From IMG/VR virus record IMGVR_UViG_3300026875_000002: 64,000 nt of DNA; one strand, given 5' to 3'. Positions 35,653-46,093 of the stretch are shown one piece after another. A program made the position numbers and the translations under genes. A model generated the notes under the pieces. The model was not told the DNA's origin. It searched no databases and was given only the letters and a program-made list of their open reading frames with translations. This stretch comes from a virus. The stretch's first letter is position 1. Each line of letters starts with the position of its first letter.

Positions 35653-38084
35653 AATACACAACTGAAGTTGGTGAAAATGGGGAGTTCCACGCCCCCACAG
35701 AACTAATACCAGGAAGGTACAAGACAACAATCAACTATACAGACAACAAAAACCAGAAATTCGGGTCCTCAGAATGGACTGGAAAACTACACATCCGGCA
35801 CAGCGTATACCTTGAATGTAAGGACATTTCCGTGGATGCATACAGTACGACCACAATAAAAGAACGTTTGGTTGATTACCAAAAAGAACCTCTCGTAAAC
35901 GCTGAAGTTAAAATGAAATATTCAAATAGTAGTACTGTCACTACTCTTACTACTGACTCTGAAGGTTATTTTTCTTTTGTGTACAATGCTACTCGGAGTG
36001 GTACTGTTGACGTCACTTTCTCTTATGCGGGAAGTAAGTATTATATTCCCATAACTGGAACTATTACTATTACTACATTACCTTCAACGCCTACAATTAC
36101 AATAAGTGATGTGAAGAGGTATATAAAACAAGACCTTGAAATACCGGTTACGCTTAGTGTTCATAATCATAAACTAATTAATAAAACACTTATTTTCACA
36201 ATCAATAATAATACATATACTGTTACAACTGATAGTGGTGGGAATGCTACACTTACAGGGTGTTCTATTGATACTACAGGCACATATAACTGTACAGTTT
36301 CATACACTCCTAGCACAGAGAAGGTTAATGGGAGATGTGACAGCTGGGATTATAATAGTGTTTCAAAGAGTTTTATAATCATAGTTATGCCAAAAAGAAC
36401 GCCTATCGTCACTGCTACTGTTACAAGTCCTGTGGATTATAAGGGGACTAGTAACTTTGTGTTAACGTACGTGGATCCTGCTACAAATCAGCCTGTGAGT
36501 GGTGTAGGTATAATTATACAGATTCCACGCGAATCTTTTTCGGATTATCTCATCACTGATAGTAATGGTCAGATTAGTTTGAGTCATACCATGACAGTGG
36601 TAGGGTTGAATGATATTGTATTTATCACGAATGAAAGACGAGCTTTTAATAGGGTACGTGTTTCAAAAGTTGTTATTGTCAACCCTGTACAAACGAAACT
36701 TTCTGGAACAACAAATAGTATAATGTATAGTGAGGAAGCGAGTGTTACATGTACATTAACAGATGTAGATGGGAATAAGTTGAGTAATAAACGTATTACT
36801 GTATATTCTAATGATGGTGATTTTGTAGGTAATGGTACAACAAATAATAATGGGCAATGTATCATCAAATTCACTCCAGCCAATGTAGGTACACTTACCT
36901 ATACCCTACAATTCGAGGGAGACAATCAATATTCTTCACAAAACGCACAGTTTACACTCACCGTACAGAAGATATCTACAAAATTCACTGGAAATACTAC
37001 AATATCCCCACATGCAGGGGAAGAAATACCAATTACATTAACCCTTGTAACAAACAAGGGAAAAACATTACCCAACAGGACAATCACAGTCACAGATAAT
37101 AATAAAACAATTACAACAACAAGTGATTCAAAGGGACAATTCACATTCAACACCATTGGAGGATTAAATGAGAAAAGAAGCGCAACAGTAAAATATCTGG
37201 GAGACACGTATTATAACACATGCACAGCAACAATAACACTCAATTTTGGAAAATATGTTCCAACATTAAATGTAGACACAAGGGAGAATAGTATAGGGTC
37301 ACCATGTGTATTCTATGTGAAAGTATCAGGAGCTAATAATGTAACCCCTACTGGTAGTGTTACTTATGAAGCAGAATCACAGAAAAATACAGTTACATTA
37401 AGTCCTGGTGAGTGGAGTATATGTGACAAGTATGTCCCTACAGAGGCAGGGTATAACGATATCACACTAACTTACAAGGGTGATGATAATTATATTTCAG
37501 TAACAAAGGACATATCAGTCTACACTTCTCCAGGGATTGTTGAAGATTGTTCTAGTCTTGATCATTTTTACATACGAACAATCAAGTATCAAGATTATTA
37601 CCCTACTCCTACAGAGAACCCTATTGTTGACGGAGGAGGAATTCATGGGTTTTACGGTCGAGCAATCTGGGCTGAAAACCTGAAAGTAACAAATAACTGT
37701 AAGGTTACCATGGAGATACAAGTGAAAAATGTGGATCATGGTTTCAATTTTGGACTTGTAACAAAGGGAAATATGTCCCGTACTGCGGTACTTCTTGAAC
37801 AGAGTTCGAGTAGGGCTTATTTTTATTTTGCAACAAATACAAATGGAAAATATAATATTCCAAGCGTGAACTGGAATAGATTATCTCTGAATACATGGTA
37901 TACTGTTGAGTTCAATATTCAAAATGGTAAATGTACAGTGAAGGTGAATAATTCTACGTATACTCATGATATTATTATTGATGATAATACGTATCCTGCG
38001 ATTTTTGTGTGGAGTCCTCGTTTGAGTGGTGAATCTTCTTCTAGTGAAATTATATGTAGAAAGATTGTATTAATCAAAAGGTGA
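35649..38084 (+). CDS. Adhesin-like tail protein with Ig-like repeats and C-terminal ConA-like domain
   Basis: Repeated TTDSxGxxxF Ig motifs; LNTWYTVEFNI..VKVNN C-terminus. Confidence 0.75.
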   Translation: MKYTTEVGENGEFHAPTELIPGRYKTTINYTDNKNQKFGSSEWTGKLHIRHSVYLECKDISVDAYSTTTIKERLVDYQKEPLVNAEVKMKYSNSSTVTTLTTDSEGYFSFVYNATRSGTVDVTFSYAGSKYYIPITGTITITTLPSTPTITISDVKRYIKQDLEIPVTLSVHNHKLINKTLIFTINNNTYTVTTDSGGNATLTGCSIDTTGTYNCTVSYTPSTEKVNGRCDSWDYNSVSKSFIIIVMPKRTPIVTATVTSPVDYKGTSNFVLTYVDPATNQPVSGVGIIIQIPRESFSDYLITDSNGQISLSHTMTVVGLNDIVFITNERRAFNRVRVSKVVIVNPVQTKLSGTTNSIMYSEEASVTCTLTDVDGNKLSNKRITVYSNDGDFVGNGTTNNNGQCIIKFTPANVGTLTYTLQFEGDNQYSSQNAQFTLTVQKISTKFTGNTTISPHAGEEIPITLTLVTNKGKTLPNRTITVTDNNKTITTTSDSKGQFTFNTIGGLNEKRSATVKYLGDTYYNTCTATITLNFGKYVPTLNVDTRENSIGSPCVFYVKVSGANNVTPTGSVTYEAESQKNTVTLSPGEWSICDKYVPTEAGYNDITLTYKGDDNYISVTKDISVYTSPGIVEDCSSLDHFYIRTIKYQDYYPTPTENPIVDGGGIHGFYGRAIWAENLKVTNNCKVTMEIQVKNVDHGFNFGLVTKGNMSRTAVLLEQSSSRAYFYFATNTNGKYNIPSVNWNRLSLNTWYTVEFNIQNGKCTVKVNNSTYTHDIIIDDNTYPAIFVWSPRLSGESSSSEIICRKIVLIKR

Positions 38085-38118
38085 AGTAAATAATACAGTA
38101 GGGAGGAAAAGAAGTAAA

Positions 38119-39180
38119 ATGATAAATTGTACAAAAATAAACATAAAAGAAGGAAGTACTGGAGATAATGTAAAAGAGGTACAAAAATACCTCAAATACC
38201 TCGGGTTATATGAGGGAAAAATAGATGGAAACTGTGGAAAACTAACAGTGAATAGTATCAAACAACTACAAAAACAAGAAAATATTGTACAAGATGGAAA
38301 TTTTGGACCAATAACGTGCAAAAATAGTGGTATAAATGGAAAAGATATAAGTGAATCAAATATTACACTAGATATTGGGACATGGCTTGACATGGTCAAA
38401 AGATATGATAAATATGTGGCAACAAACAAAAAAGAACCACAAATATCATATATAGATGTAAATAATAAGTATCAATACATCACAAATGTAAAATACAAAG
38501 AGATAAAAAGAAGGTATGATGAATACCTATCAAAAAATAATAATAAACCTAACTTTGTCTATATTAACTATCCTAAAACAATAACTTCAACTCCTAATAT
38601 AACAACAAAAAATTCTAATTCTAATACAACATTATATGCAAGCAGCCCTCATTTTGTATCAAGTGGTTGTAATAAGCTTGGTCAATGTACTCCTTATTAT
38701 TGTGGTGTTCATAGCCTACGACAAGTTCTATGTAAATTTGGTATAGAAGATTATAAAGAATCTACTCTTGCAGGGTGGGCTGGAACAACAACAGCGGGTA
38801 CAAGTCATGGAGGGATAAATACTGCAATAAAAAAGGTAAACAGTAAAAAAGGAACCAATATTGTAATTACTTGGAAAAATTTCAGTGATTTTGGCAGTAC
38901 AACAAAGGAACGTTTCAAAAACTTAGGAAAAGAAATCAGTAAATCAAATACGGATGCAATTATTCATAATCTCTACAGGAATAAGTATGGTCATTATGAG
39001 GTAATTAAATCAATTGATACAAAAAATAATATTGTAAAAGTATTGAATAGTCTTGGTAATCGCTGTAGTAGGCCTGCTTATTGTGGTTATATTGAAAATC
39101 GTAGTTTCAATACATTTGCTTCTTATATTGCTAATACTCCTGGTGGTCAACCTAGTATTGGTTTAGTTGTAAAAAAATAG
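38119..39180 (+). CDS. Pseudomurein endolysin (PeiR-like C39 peptidase with PG-binding and PMBR-like repeats)
   Basis: N-terminal IKEGSTGDNVKEVQKYL..DG.FGP.T; two RY..Y...N..P..YI repeats; catalytic CGVHSL and GHYEVI. Confidence 0.8.
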   Translation: MINCTKINIKEGSTGDNVKEVQKYLKYLGLYEGKIDGNCGKLTVNSIKQLQKQENIVQDGNFGPITCKNSGINGKDISESNITLDIGTWLDMVKRYDKYVATNKKEPQISYIDVNNKYQYITNVKYKEIKRRYDEYLSKNNNKPNFVYINYPKTITSTPNITTKNSNSNTTLYASSPHFVSSGCNKLGQCTPYYCGVHSLRQVLCKFGIEDYKESTLAGWAGTTTAGTSHGGINTAIKKVNSKKGTNIVITWKNFSDFGSTTKERFKNLGKEISKSNTDAIIHNLYRNKYGHYEVIKSIDTKNNIVKVLNSLGNRCSRPAYCGYIENRSFNTFASYIANTPGGQPSIGLVVKK

Positions 39181-39400
39181 TAAGGTAATGTGAATTGAAA
39201 GTGAAAAGATTTAAGGGTAGCTTTAAAAAACCATTACGTGAAATAAGAGAATTTAAAACTCATTGGGAGTGAAAACAAATGAATATACAATTTGAATGGA
39301 AAATACTCAAAAACAAAATTAGAAATAAATTAAACATCCCACGAAAAAACGAAACAATAAATGAAGAAGACGGAAGAAAATTTGTACAATAAAAGAGGGA

Positions 39401-40579
39401 GTGTACACATATATGACACTTGAGTATGAACTTGGTACTGATATTGATAGGCATTGGATTCTGAATAGTGAAGGTGACCTTCAAACAGTCAGTGGAAAAG
39501 ATAACCTGCGACAAGCTATTTATAATAGGATTACATGTTATTTTGATAATCTTTCATGGTGTTATGACAATTATGGTAGTTATGTGAAAGATTGGTTCGG
39601 GAGAATTAATGATGAGTATCATAAAAACACTCTAACCCATGAAATAGAAGTAAGAGTACAAGAAGATTTACGGATAGCAGAAGTAACATGTACTATTACA
39701 GATTATTCACCTTATTATATTGGTGTTCTTATTAAGGGTATTGTTGTTGAGGATTCTAGTGAGTTTAATGAATATTATATATTTGCATCAGGAACTCATG
39801 ATACTATTGTAGATAATTATAATGAAACATTTCATGAGACACATATTGTTACGGAAGGTGTTGGGTATTATAGTACTTATGGTAATGTTGTACGTGTTCA
39901 TTGTCATGTACTTGATGAAAGGAATAAACGTGTTCCAATTGGTAATGTAAGCCTTTGGTTTGGGGGTCATTTTGTGGATAGTCTTGAAATAGAGCAAAGT
40001 GGTGATACTGAGCCAGGTAGTGTTACTTTTAATGTGACCACACCTTTGTATATGAATTATGGTCGACACGAACTCAAATTTATGTATCAAGGAAAACCGG
40101 GGTATAACCCATGCGAACACACTGCGTATATTACTATTCTTGAAAAACTTCCAACGACTTCGATGATTGAAGATGAAAGTAGCCTGTATGTTATCAATAA
40201 TACGGATAACGTTGGAAGGAACGTGAATGTGGATGTGAAAGATGTTAATCTTCAACCTGTGAACATGGGTGTGGCAAATGCATCTGTGGATGATGGAGTT
40301 ATTGACACAATTACAATAACGAATCCTATTATTTATTGTAACGCAAATCTTGTTGAAGAAAAAGTATCAATAACTACAATACCTCTTCTTAGTCAACTTA
40401 CAAAAAGGTATATTTTTGTAATATCACGTAACTTCAGAGATAATGATATTATTCGTTTGATTGATAAAGATGCAAATCTTATTGATAATCTTCTTATAAG
40501 GTACCAAAATGGAAAATATTATTTTACAACTACGAAAAAGGAATATAATACAGAAACAGTGTTGAAGGTGTATGCATGA
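39401..40579 (+). CDS. Baseplate wedge (gp25-like) fused to Ig-like domain
   Basis: GDLQTVSGKDNLRQAIYNRI..YGS..EDLRIAEV; ATG alternative at 39413. Confidence 0.7.
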   Translation: MYTYMTLEYELGTDIDRHWILNSEGDLQTVSGKDNLRQAIYNRITCYFDNLSWCYDNYGSYVKDWFGRINDEYHKNTLTHEIEVRVQEDLRIAEVTCTITDYSPYYIGVLIKGIVVEDSSEFNEYYIFASGTHDTIVDNYNETFHETHIVTEGVGYYSTYGNVVRVHCHVLDERNKRVPIGNVSLWFGGHFVDSLEIEQSGDTEPGSVTFNVTTPLYMNYGRHELKFMYQGKPGYNPCEHTAYITILEKLPTTSMIEDESSLYVINNTDNVGRNVNVDVKDVNLQPVNMGVANASVDDGVIDTITITNPIIYCNANLVEEKVSITTIPLLSQLTKRYIFVISRNFRDNDIIRLIDKDANLIDNLLIRYQNGKYYFTTTKKEYNTETVLKVYA

Positions 40580-43413
40580 CTAAGAAAAAACTTGGAAGTA
40601 ATAAGGTACGTGAAGGAAAAAGTAGTATCCCCCTGAAAGTTAAGGATAAACTAGAATTAGGACAATACCCATTAAACATTGAATACGAAGAAAATAGAAC
40701 GTATGCAGAAAGTAATGCCTATGGAACACTATTTTATGGTTGGAAAAGTTTTGTACATTGTCCGAATGTTTATGTTGTGGAGGGGGAGGATATGTATACT
40801 ACACTTCGTGCAAATATATTCAGTAATGAAGATATTGTTTATGCTGGAGAAGGTAGTTTTAGCATAAAAGAGAAAACACAAGAAAAAGTTCCTGTAGAAG
40901 ATGGGTGTGCTACTCATCACTTATCTGATATTCAAAGTTGGAAAAATAAGAATCCTTACTTTAGTTTTCTGTATGATGTGCACCTGCCCTTGAATTATTG
41001 TTCTGCGCGTAGTAATACTGCTGAAATAATATACCTTCCTCATACAAAACGGTACGCGGTGGTTGTCAAAATTATCACAGATCCTGTGATAGGATACACT
41101 GGGGATACAGTACGTGTTATTGCAAGGATATACAAAGCACAGTATGGTAGTCTGATTGATCATAAGGATGTACCAGATAATGGGTATGCGCGGTTACTAA
41201 TTGATGGAGCGGTAGCTGGTACTACTAGTATAACTGACACGGGATATGTGTCATTTGATTATACTGTACCTGAAATGGGTTGTGGGGTGTACTCCGTGGT
41301 TGTGGAGTATGTTTCTCAAGATGAATACTATGATGATAGTGCATGTGAAGGCACATTATTCGTACCGTCCCACGACGTAACACTTCCTACTGCCACATGT
41401 ACCCAAATATGGCACTCTCTTGGTGGTACTGCTAGTATCCCTGTTACTTTTTCTGATATATCCCTATTTGACAAGGTGCAAGTGTATATTGATAGTCAGC
41501 TTGTACCTGTAGAGGGAAGTGATGAAAATGGTTACTTGATTGTACAAGGTACAGAAGTTACGCTTACGTTTAATATTCCCAAGGGATATTCCTCAAAGTG
41601 TGTGTGGGCTTATTCAGGGGAGCATCTTATGTACCTTGAGTATACGGATAATGTTCATCATGTTACACGAAAACTATTTCTCCCATTCCTTCTGATTCAG
41701 TATCCTACAGCAATCCAGCTAAAATCGTATGGACTTGATGATACAAGCACAATGATTGTAGGAAATAATATTGAAGGGACGGTAATTAATACATTTGAAC
41801 CGAAACGGTTTGTAAATCATGGACTTATTACTATTGATATTGAAGGATTGGAGGTTCTTCTTTCAGTAACACGTGATGTTGATTGTAGCATGGGGGTGCA
41901 ACATCCTCAGGGTATATTGTTTGTAAATGAAACATGTACGTTCAGAGTAACAGCTCAAAGCAATACTACTGTACCCATCCCTAATCGGACTGTAACACTT
42001 GTTACAGGAAATCAAAATTATACATCTACTACTGATGAGGATGGTGTTGCAACATTTTCAAAGAAATACACTCAGAGTGGGACAGATACTGTATACGCAC
42101 TATTTCCAGGTACAGAAACAGAAGCAGAAACACAAACAACACCAGTAACACTGGAAATACTTGACCTAATCAAATCTGAATTATCCCATGAGATATCTTC
42201 AGATAATCTCATAACATCAATTACTCCTATTAGGGAGAGTTTTCCCCATGGGGGCACAATAAGTGTCACATTCAAGCCTGTGCCTCTATTTACAGTTATT
42301 CCCCCATTACAGGATAATTTCAAAGTGGGAGAATCTATAGTAATAAAAGCAAATGTTTCCCTCGAATACAAACCAGCAGTAGATATCCCTGTGATATTAA
42401 GAGTAAGTATAACAAAAGAGGATGGTACAGTACAAGACTATGAGTCAATACAAACAATGAAAACAGACTCTGTGGGGGACATAACATGTACTACTGCTCA
42501 GGATGTATCAGGTGAATGTAGCTACACACTCTTCATTGAGGGTACAGATGATTATGAACAATGTGTATCAGATGAAATAATCCTTGATGTAACAAGAATA
42601 CAAACCACAATATCCTCAACAGTAACAAATAACCAAGCTGGAAGTAGTAGTATAGATGTAACACTCATTGACGAAGATAACAATGGGGTTGTTGACGTAA
42701 ATATAATTGTAACACTTACTGATGGGTCAACAAGGTCTGGTACAACAGACAGTTCGGGAAACGTGAATATACCATTAACATCACTCCAAGTAGGGTCCCA
42801 TACGTTAACAGTATCATTCCCAGGAAATAATAAGTACGAACCTGCAAGTACAACATGTACTATAGATATCGCCCCAAACATAGATTTCTATAATAGTGCG
42901 AATTGGGGAGGAAACCCTGTAATAGATGTTACTAACCAAAAAATAACAATGACTGGTGCAAACATCACATATTATGAGGGAGCTTCTGTAAAGGACTTGC
43001 TTAGTGACACTGCTATTAGTCTTACATATTTCCATAATGGCCGGGATGGACGGAAAGCATTAGGAGTTTATAATCCTGAACTAAGTTCATGGATAGGTTA
43101 CTGTACCCCCAGCCCGAACGGTAGTGAAGGACATGGAGTAAATGAGGAAAAAGGTTACACGCATAACATATCTACAGATGTAACAAACGCAGCCTCATGG
43201 ATGCGGGATGGACAGGAAAGTCCACTCGTGATAGGCTATAATGAGGTTGAGGACAATATTTCACTTCAGTATACAAGTCAAGATGGAACAGAAAATGTGA
43301 CTGTAACCATCCCTCTTGAGGGAGTGGATCTTAGTAAATATTACCTCGCATTCTATGATTACCGCGGAATGGGAATGTATGTGAAAAATATAACACTCAT
43401 GGAGGACATGTAA
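40576..43413 (+). CDS. Large Ig-like-repeat tail/adhesin protein
   Basis: 945 aa with repeated TTDxxGxA Ig motifs. Confidence 0.75.
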   Translation: MTKKKLGSNKVREGKSSIPLKVKDKLELGQYPLNIEYEENRTYAESNAYGTLFYGWKSFVHCPNVYVVEGEDMYTTLRANIFSNEDIVYAGEGSFSIKEKTQEKVPVEDGCATHHLSDIQSWKNKNPYFSFLYDVHLPLNYCSARSNTAEIIYLPHTKRYAVVVKIITDPVIGYTGDTVRVIARIYKAQYGSLIDHKDVPDNGYARLLIDGAVAGTTSITDTGYVSFDYTVPEMGCGVYSVVVEYVSQDEYYDDSACEGTLFVPSHDVTLPTATCTQIWHSLGGTASIPVTFSDISLFDKVQVYIDSQLVPVEGSDENGYLIVQGTEVTLTFNIPKGYSSKCVWAYSGEHLMYLEYTDNVHHVTRKLFLPFLLIQYPTAIQLKSYGLDDTSTMIVGNNIEGTVINTFEPKRFVNHGLITIDIEGLEVLLSVTRDVDCSMGVQHPQGILFVNETCTFRVTAQSNTTVPIPNRTVTLVTGNQNYTSTTDEDGVATFSKKYTQSGTDTVYALFPGTETEAETQTTPVTLEILDLIKSELSHEISSDNLITSITPIRESFPHGGTISVTFKPVPLFTVIPPLQDNFKVGESIVIKANVSLEYKPAVDIPVILRVSITKEDGTVQDYESIQTMKTDSVGDITCTTAQDVSGECSYTLFIEGTDDYEQCVSDEIILDVTRIQTTISSTVTNNQAGSSSIDVTLIDEDNNGVVDVNIIVTLTDGSTRSGTTDSSGNVNIPLTSLQVGSHTLTVSFPGNNKYEPASTTCTIDIAPNIDFYNSANWGGNPVIDVTNQKITMTGANITYYEGASVKDLLSDTAISLTYFHNGRDGRKALGVYNPELSSWIGYCTPSPNGSEGHGVNEEKGYTHNISTDVTNAASWMRDGQESPLVIGYNEVEDNISLQYTSQDGTENVTVTIPLEGVDLSKYYLAFYDYRGMGMYVKNITLMEDM

Positions 43414-43456
43414 TAATGAATAATATATACATAGCAACAGTTACAGGAGGAATAAT

Positions 43457-44176
43457 ATGACTATTAAAAATAAAACACTACCTGTAACAGAGGAAAAATG
43501 TATTTTTCCCCTCACAAATCTCCGGGGGGAGTATGTATGCACAATTGAATACTCTGGTGATTCACATTATATGGGTGCTACAGAAGATAATTATCATTTG
43601 AAATTAACCCCTACCACAAAAACAGTCAACATGAATGATAATGGGGAATGGGATATCCAGTATTGCGCAGATGCAACAAACCCTGTTGACCCTACATTTG
43701 GTAGTACAATCAAGAGTGGAGTATTTTCAGAGGTGATTCATAAAATAAGAACACGCGTGAATTCAAGGTATGTTTGTGAAATAACAGTAAACCAAGAGGG
43801 ATCGAATCAAGGATTTATTCTTGGTTTTTTTGGTTCAAAACAGGTTGATGATAATATAATCTGGACATACACATGGGGTATTGAATCAGACGAACTTGGA
43901 ACTCACTTTACAAGTAATGAATCTCAGGAGAGCATACATGATATTGAAGAATTATTCCCTCAGGGTGTACAAACAAGAGTGATATTTGATATTCTTGCAG
44001 TGAATGAGGGGGATGATTGTTATGTGTCAATCAGTATTGGAAACACTACTTTTGAAAATATTGTACAGTTTGATGAACCAGAGGACCTCCGGTTTGGTTT
44101 CATGTCAACAGCACCTGAAGACAAACAGTTAGTAATTCACTCTCTGAAATATACTGAGTGGGATGCGGAAGAATAA
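43457..44176 (+). CDS. Beta-sandwich tail-associated protein
   Basis: RBS AGGAGG; beta-rich 239 aa. Confidence 0.6.
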   Translation: MTIKNKTLPVTEEKCIFPLTNLRGEYVCTIEYSGDSHYMGATEDNYHLKLTPTTKTVNMNDNGEWDIQYCADATNPVDPTFGSTIKSGVFSEVIHKIRTRVNSRYVCEITVNQEGSNQGFILGFFGSKQVDDNIIWTYTWGIESDELGTHFTSNESQESIHDIEELFPQGVQTRVIFDILAVNEGDDCYVSISIGNTTFENIVQFDEPEDLRFGFMSTAPEDKQLVIHSLKYTEWDAEE

Positions 44177-44201
44177 TAAAAAAAAACAAAAAGGTAAAGG
44201 A

Positions 44202-45596
44202 ATGATAATATTGGTTGATGAAATAATAACAAATTTTGACGGGTCAACAATAAACCGGTCAAATAAATTACAGGAACTCATAAATTACTACAATGAAGCA
44301 TATGGAACTAACCTCTCAGACATATGTGACCTCAGTGAAGGTAGTGAGATAAGAACATTTCTAGAAAGTTTTATCGTGGAAAGTATGGATATTGAACGTC
44401 AAATGTATGCATTATTCGAGCAGACGTTCACAAAATACGCAACAGGATACTTCCTAGACCTCAAAGCATGTGAACAAAAAATAAGTAGAAAACAAGGAAA
44501 TGTTGCAACAGGGACGGTAACATTCACCTTATCTGAAACACAAACTGAAGACTATACTATACCCCAAGGGACTGTGATTCTTCATAGGCAAACGGGTAAT
44601 GAATATATTTTGAGTAGTGATGTAACAATACAAAAGGACACCTATAGTGCGGATGGTATTGTGTACAGTAGACTACTTGGTAGTGAATATAATGCTGAAC
44701 CTGATACTTTAACCGCTTTTGAAGATATAATCAGCGTACCAAGTAACCTTGAAGTAACCAATAATGCTGCGATTACTGAGGGAGAATCAGTAGAAACCGA
44801 TGACAGTCTACGTGAACGTATATACAACGCACGTCGTGAAAGGGCGAATGGTACTATCACTGCATATACTAATATGCTTCTCGCACTCGAGGGGGTACAT
44901 GATGTATCATTTGTAAACCCCTCAAGGATGACTAATCATTACAAAACAGTGGTTAACGCTGATGGTACAACTAGTAATGTTCATTGTACTGATTGTACGA
45001 GGGTTATTCTTGTGAATGATGAGAATAGTAAGCCTTGTCGACAGAGTGTACTTGAAAATGTTGAAAACGTCATGACGAATCAGGACAATATTATTATAGG
45101 GCATATGTTTCATGTTCAACCTGCGACAGTTGCAAGTAGGTGTTTTGATGTAACATTGTATTATTCGGATAGTCGTGTGTATGAGAAGGATGTTGTTGAC
45201 GCAATCACATCATACTTTGATGGAGGGGTTGTAGGAACACGAAATTTCACGGGACTTAATATAGGGGAAGATATCAGAAAAAGTAAAATGATTACCGCAA
45301 TTGAAGAGGTGCCAGGCGTGGATCAGGTGGAATCTATAGTGCTCACAAGATATAACAAGGATCTTCCAACAAATATCAAATACTGGACAAAAAATAGTGC
45401 AACTGATTATAGCTACCAAGATACTGATGGATTTGTATACCATAGAGGAACCTCCCAGAGCAGTATCAACAGGTGGGGGTCACGTAATTTTAACACAATC
45501 CCTGTGTATGATTGGCAAATTGCCAGTTTTATTTCAAAAACTAGGCTGGACCCTGAGGCTACGAATGATATTGGATTAACTCAATACCCCGCATGA
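44202..45596 (+). CDS. Baseplate J-like protein
   Basis: ATGYFLDLKA..ATGTVTF..IPQGTVI..G..YN..ETDDSLRERI. Confidence 0.9.
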   Translation: MIILVDEIITNFDGSTINRSNKLQELINYYNEAYGTNLSDICDLSEGSEIRTFLESFIVESMDIERQMYALFEQTFTKYATGYFLDLKACEQKISRKQGNVATGTVTFTLSETQTEDYTIPQGTVILHRQTGNEYILSSDVTIQKDTYSADGIVYSRLLGSEYNAEPDTLTAFEDIISVPSNLEVTNNAAITEGESVETDDSLRERIYNARRERANGTITAYTNMLLALEGVHDVSFVNPSRMTNHYKTVVNADGTTSNVHCTDCTRVILVNDENSKPCRQSVLENVENVMTNQDNIIIGHMFHVQPATVASRCFDVTLYYSDSRVYEKDVVDAITSYFDGGVVGTRNFTGLNIGEDIRKSKMITAIEEVPGVDQVESIVLTRYNKDLPTNIKYWTKNSATDYSYQDTDGFVYHRGTSQSSINRWGSRNFNTIPVYDWQIASFISKTRLDPEATNDIGLTQYPA

Positions 45597-45607
45597 GGTG
45601 ACAAAGT

Positions 45608-46090
45608 ATGACAAATAGATGGACTCCTATAGAGAATAGACTACATGAAGAAAGTGCATTACACTACCCAGATAACACGATGCGGCGAATACTCGAACCA
45701 CTCTTAAATGGTCTGTTTGACGCGATAGAAGAGGAAATGAATGATATTATCTATGAATGTTTCCTCCTCACCAGCACTGGACAGTACCTAGATTTTTTCG
45801 GCGTGGAAATAGGACTTACACGTGAAAATGATGAAAGTGATAATGAGTATAGACAAAGATTGTTCAATGCACTTTCAGAGTACTTGAGTGTCAGTTTTGT
45901 GAAACTTCAAGGAATAATACTATACGCAAAAGAAGAATTGTACAATGATATCCGGATAAATATGACTAGTCAAAATCCCTATATGAGCAATATTTATGCA
46001 GGGATACCTCGAAATGATGTAAGTAGCAGATTCTTGTTATACGATATGATTTATGAGTATACTGTCTGTCATTATGTGAAGGGGTGGTAA
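45608..46090 (+). CDS. Baseplate wedge (gpI-like) protein
   Basis: STGQYLDFFG..GLTR..ESDNEYRQRL. Confidence 0.7.
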   Translation: MTNRWTPIENRLHEESALHYPDNTMRRILEPLLNGLFDAIEEEMNDIIYECFLLTSTGQYLDFFGVEIGLTRENDESDNEYRQRLFNALSEYLSVSFVKLQGIILYAKEELYNDIRINMTSQNPYMSNIYAGIPRNDVSSRFLLYDMIYEYTVCHYVKGW

Positions 46091-46093
46091 TTT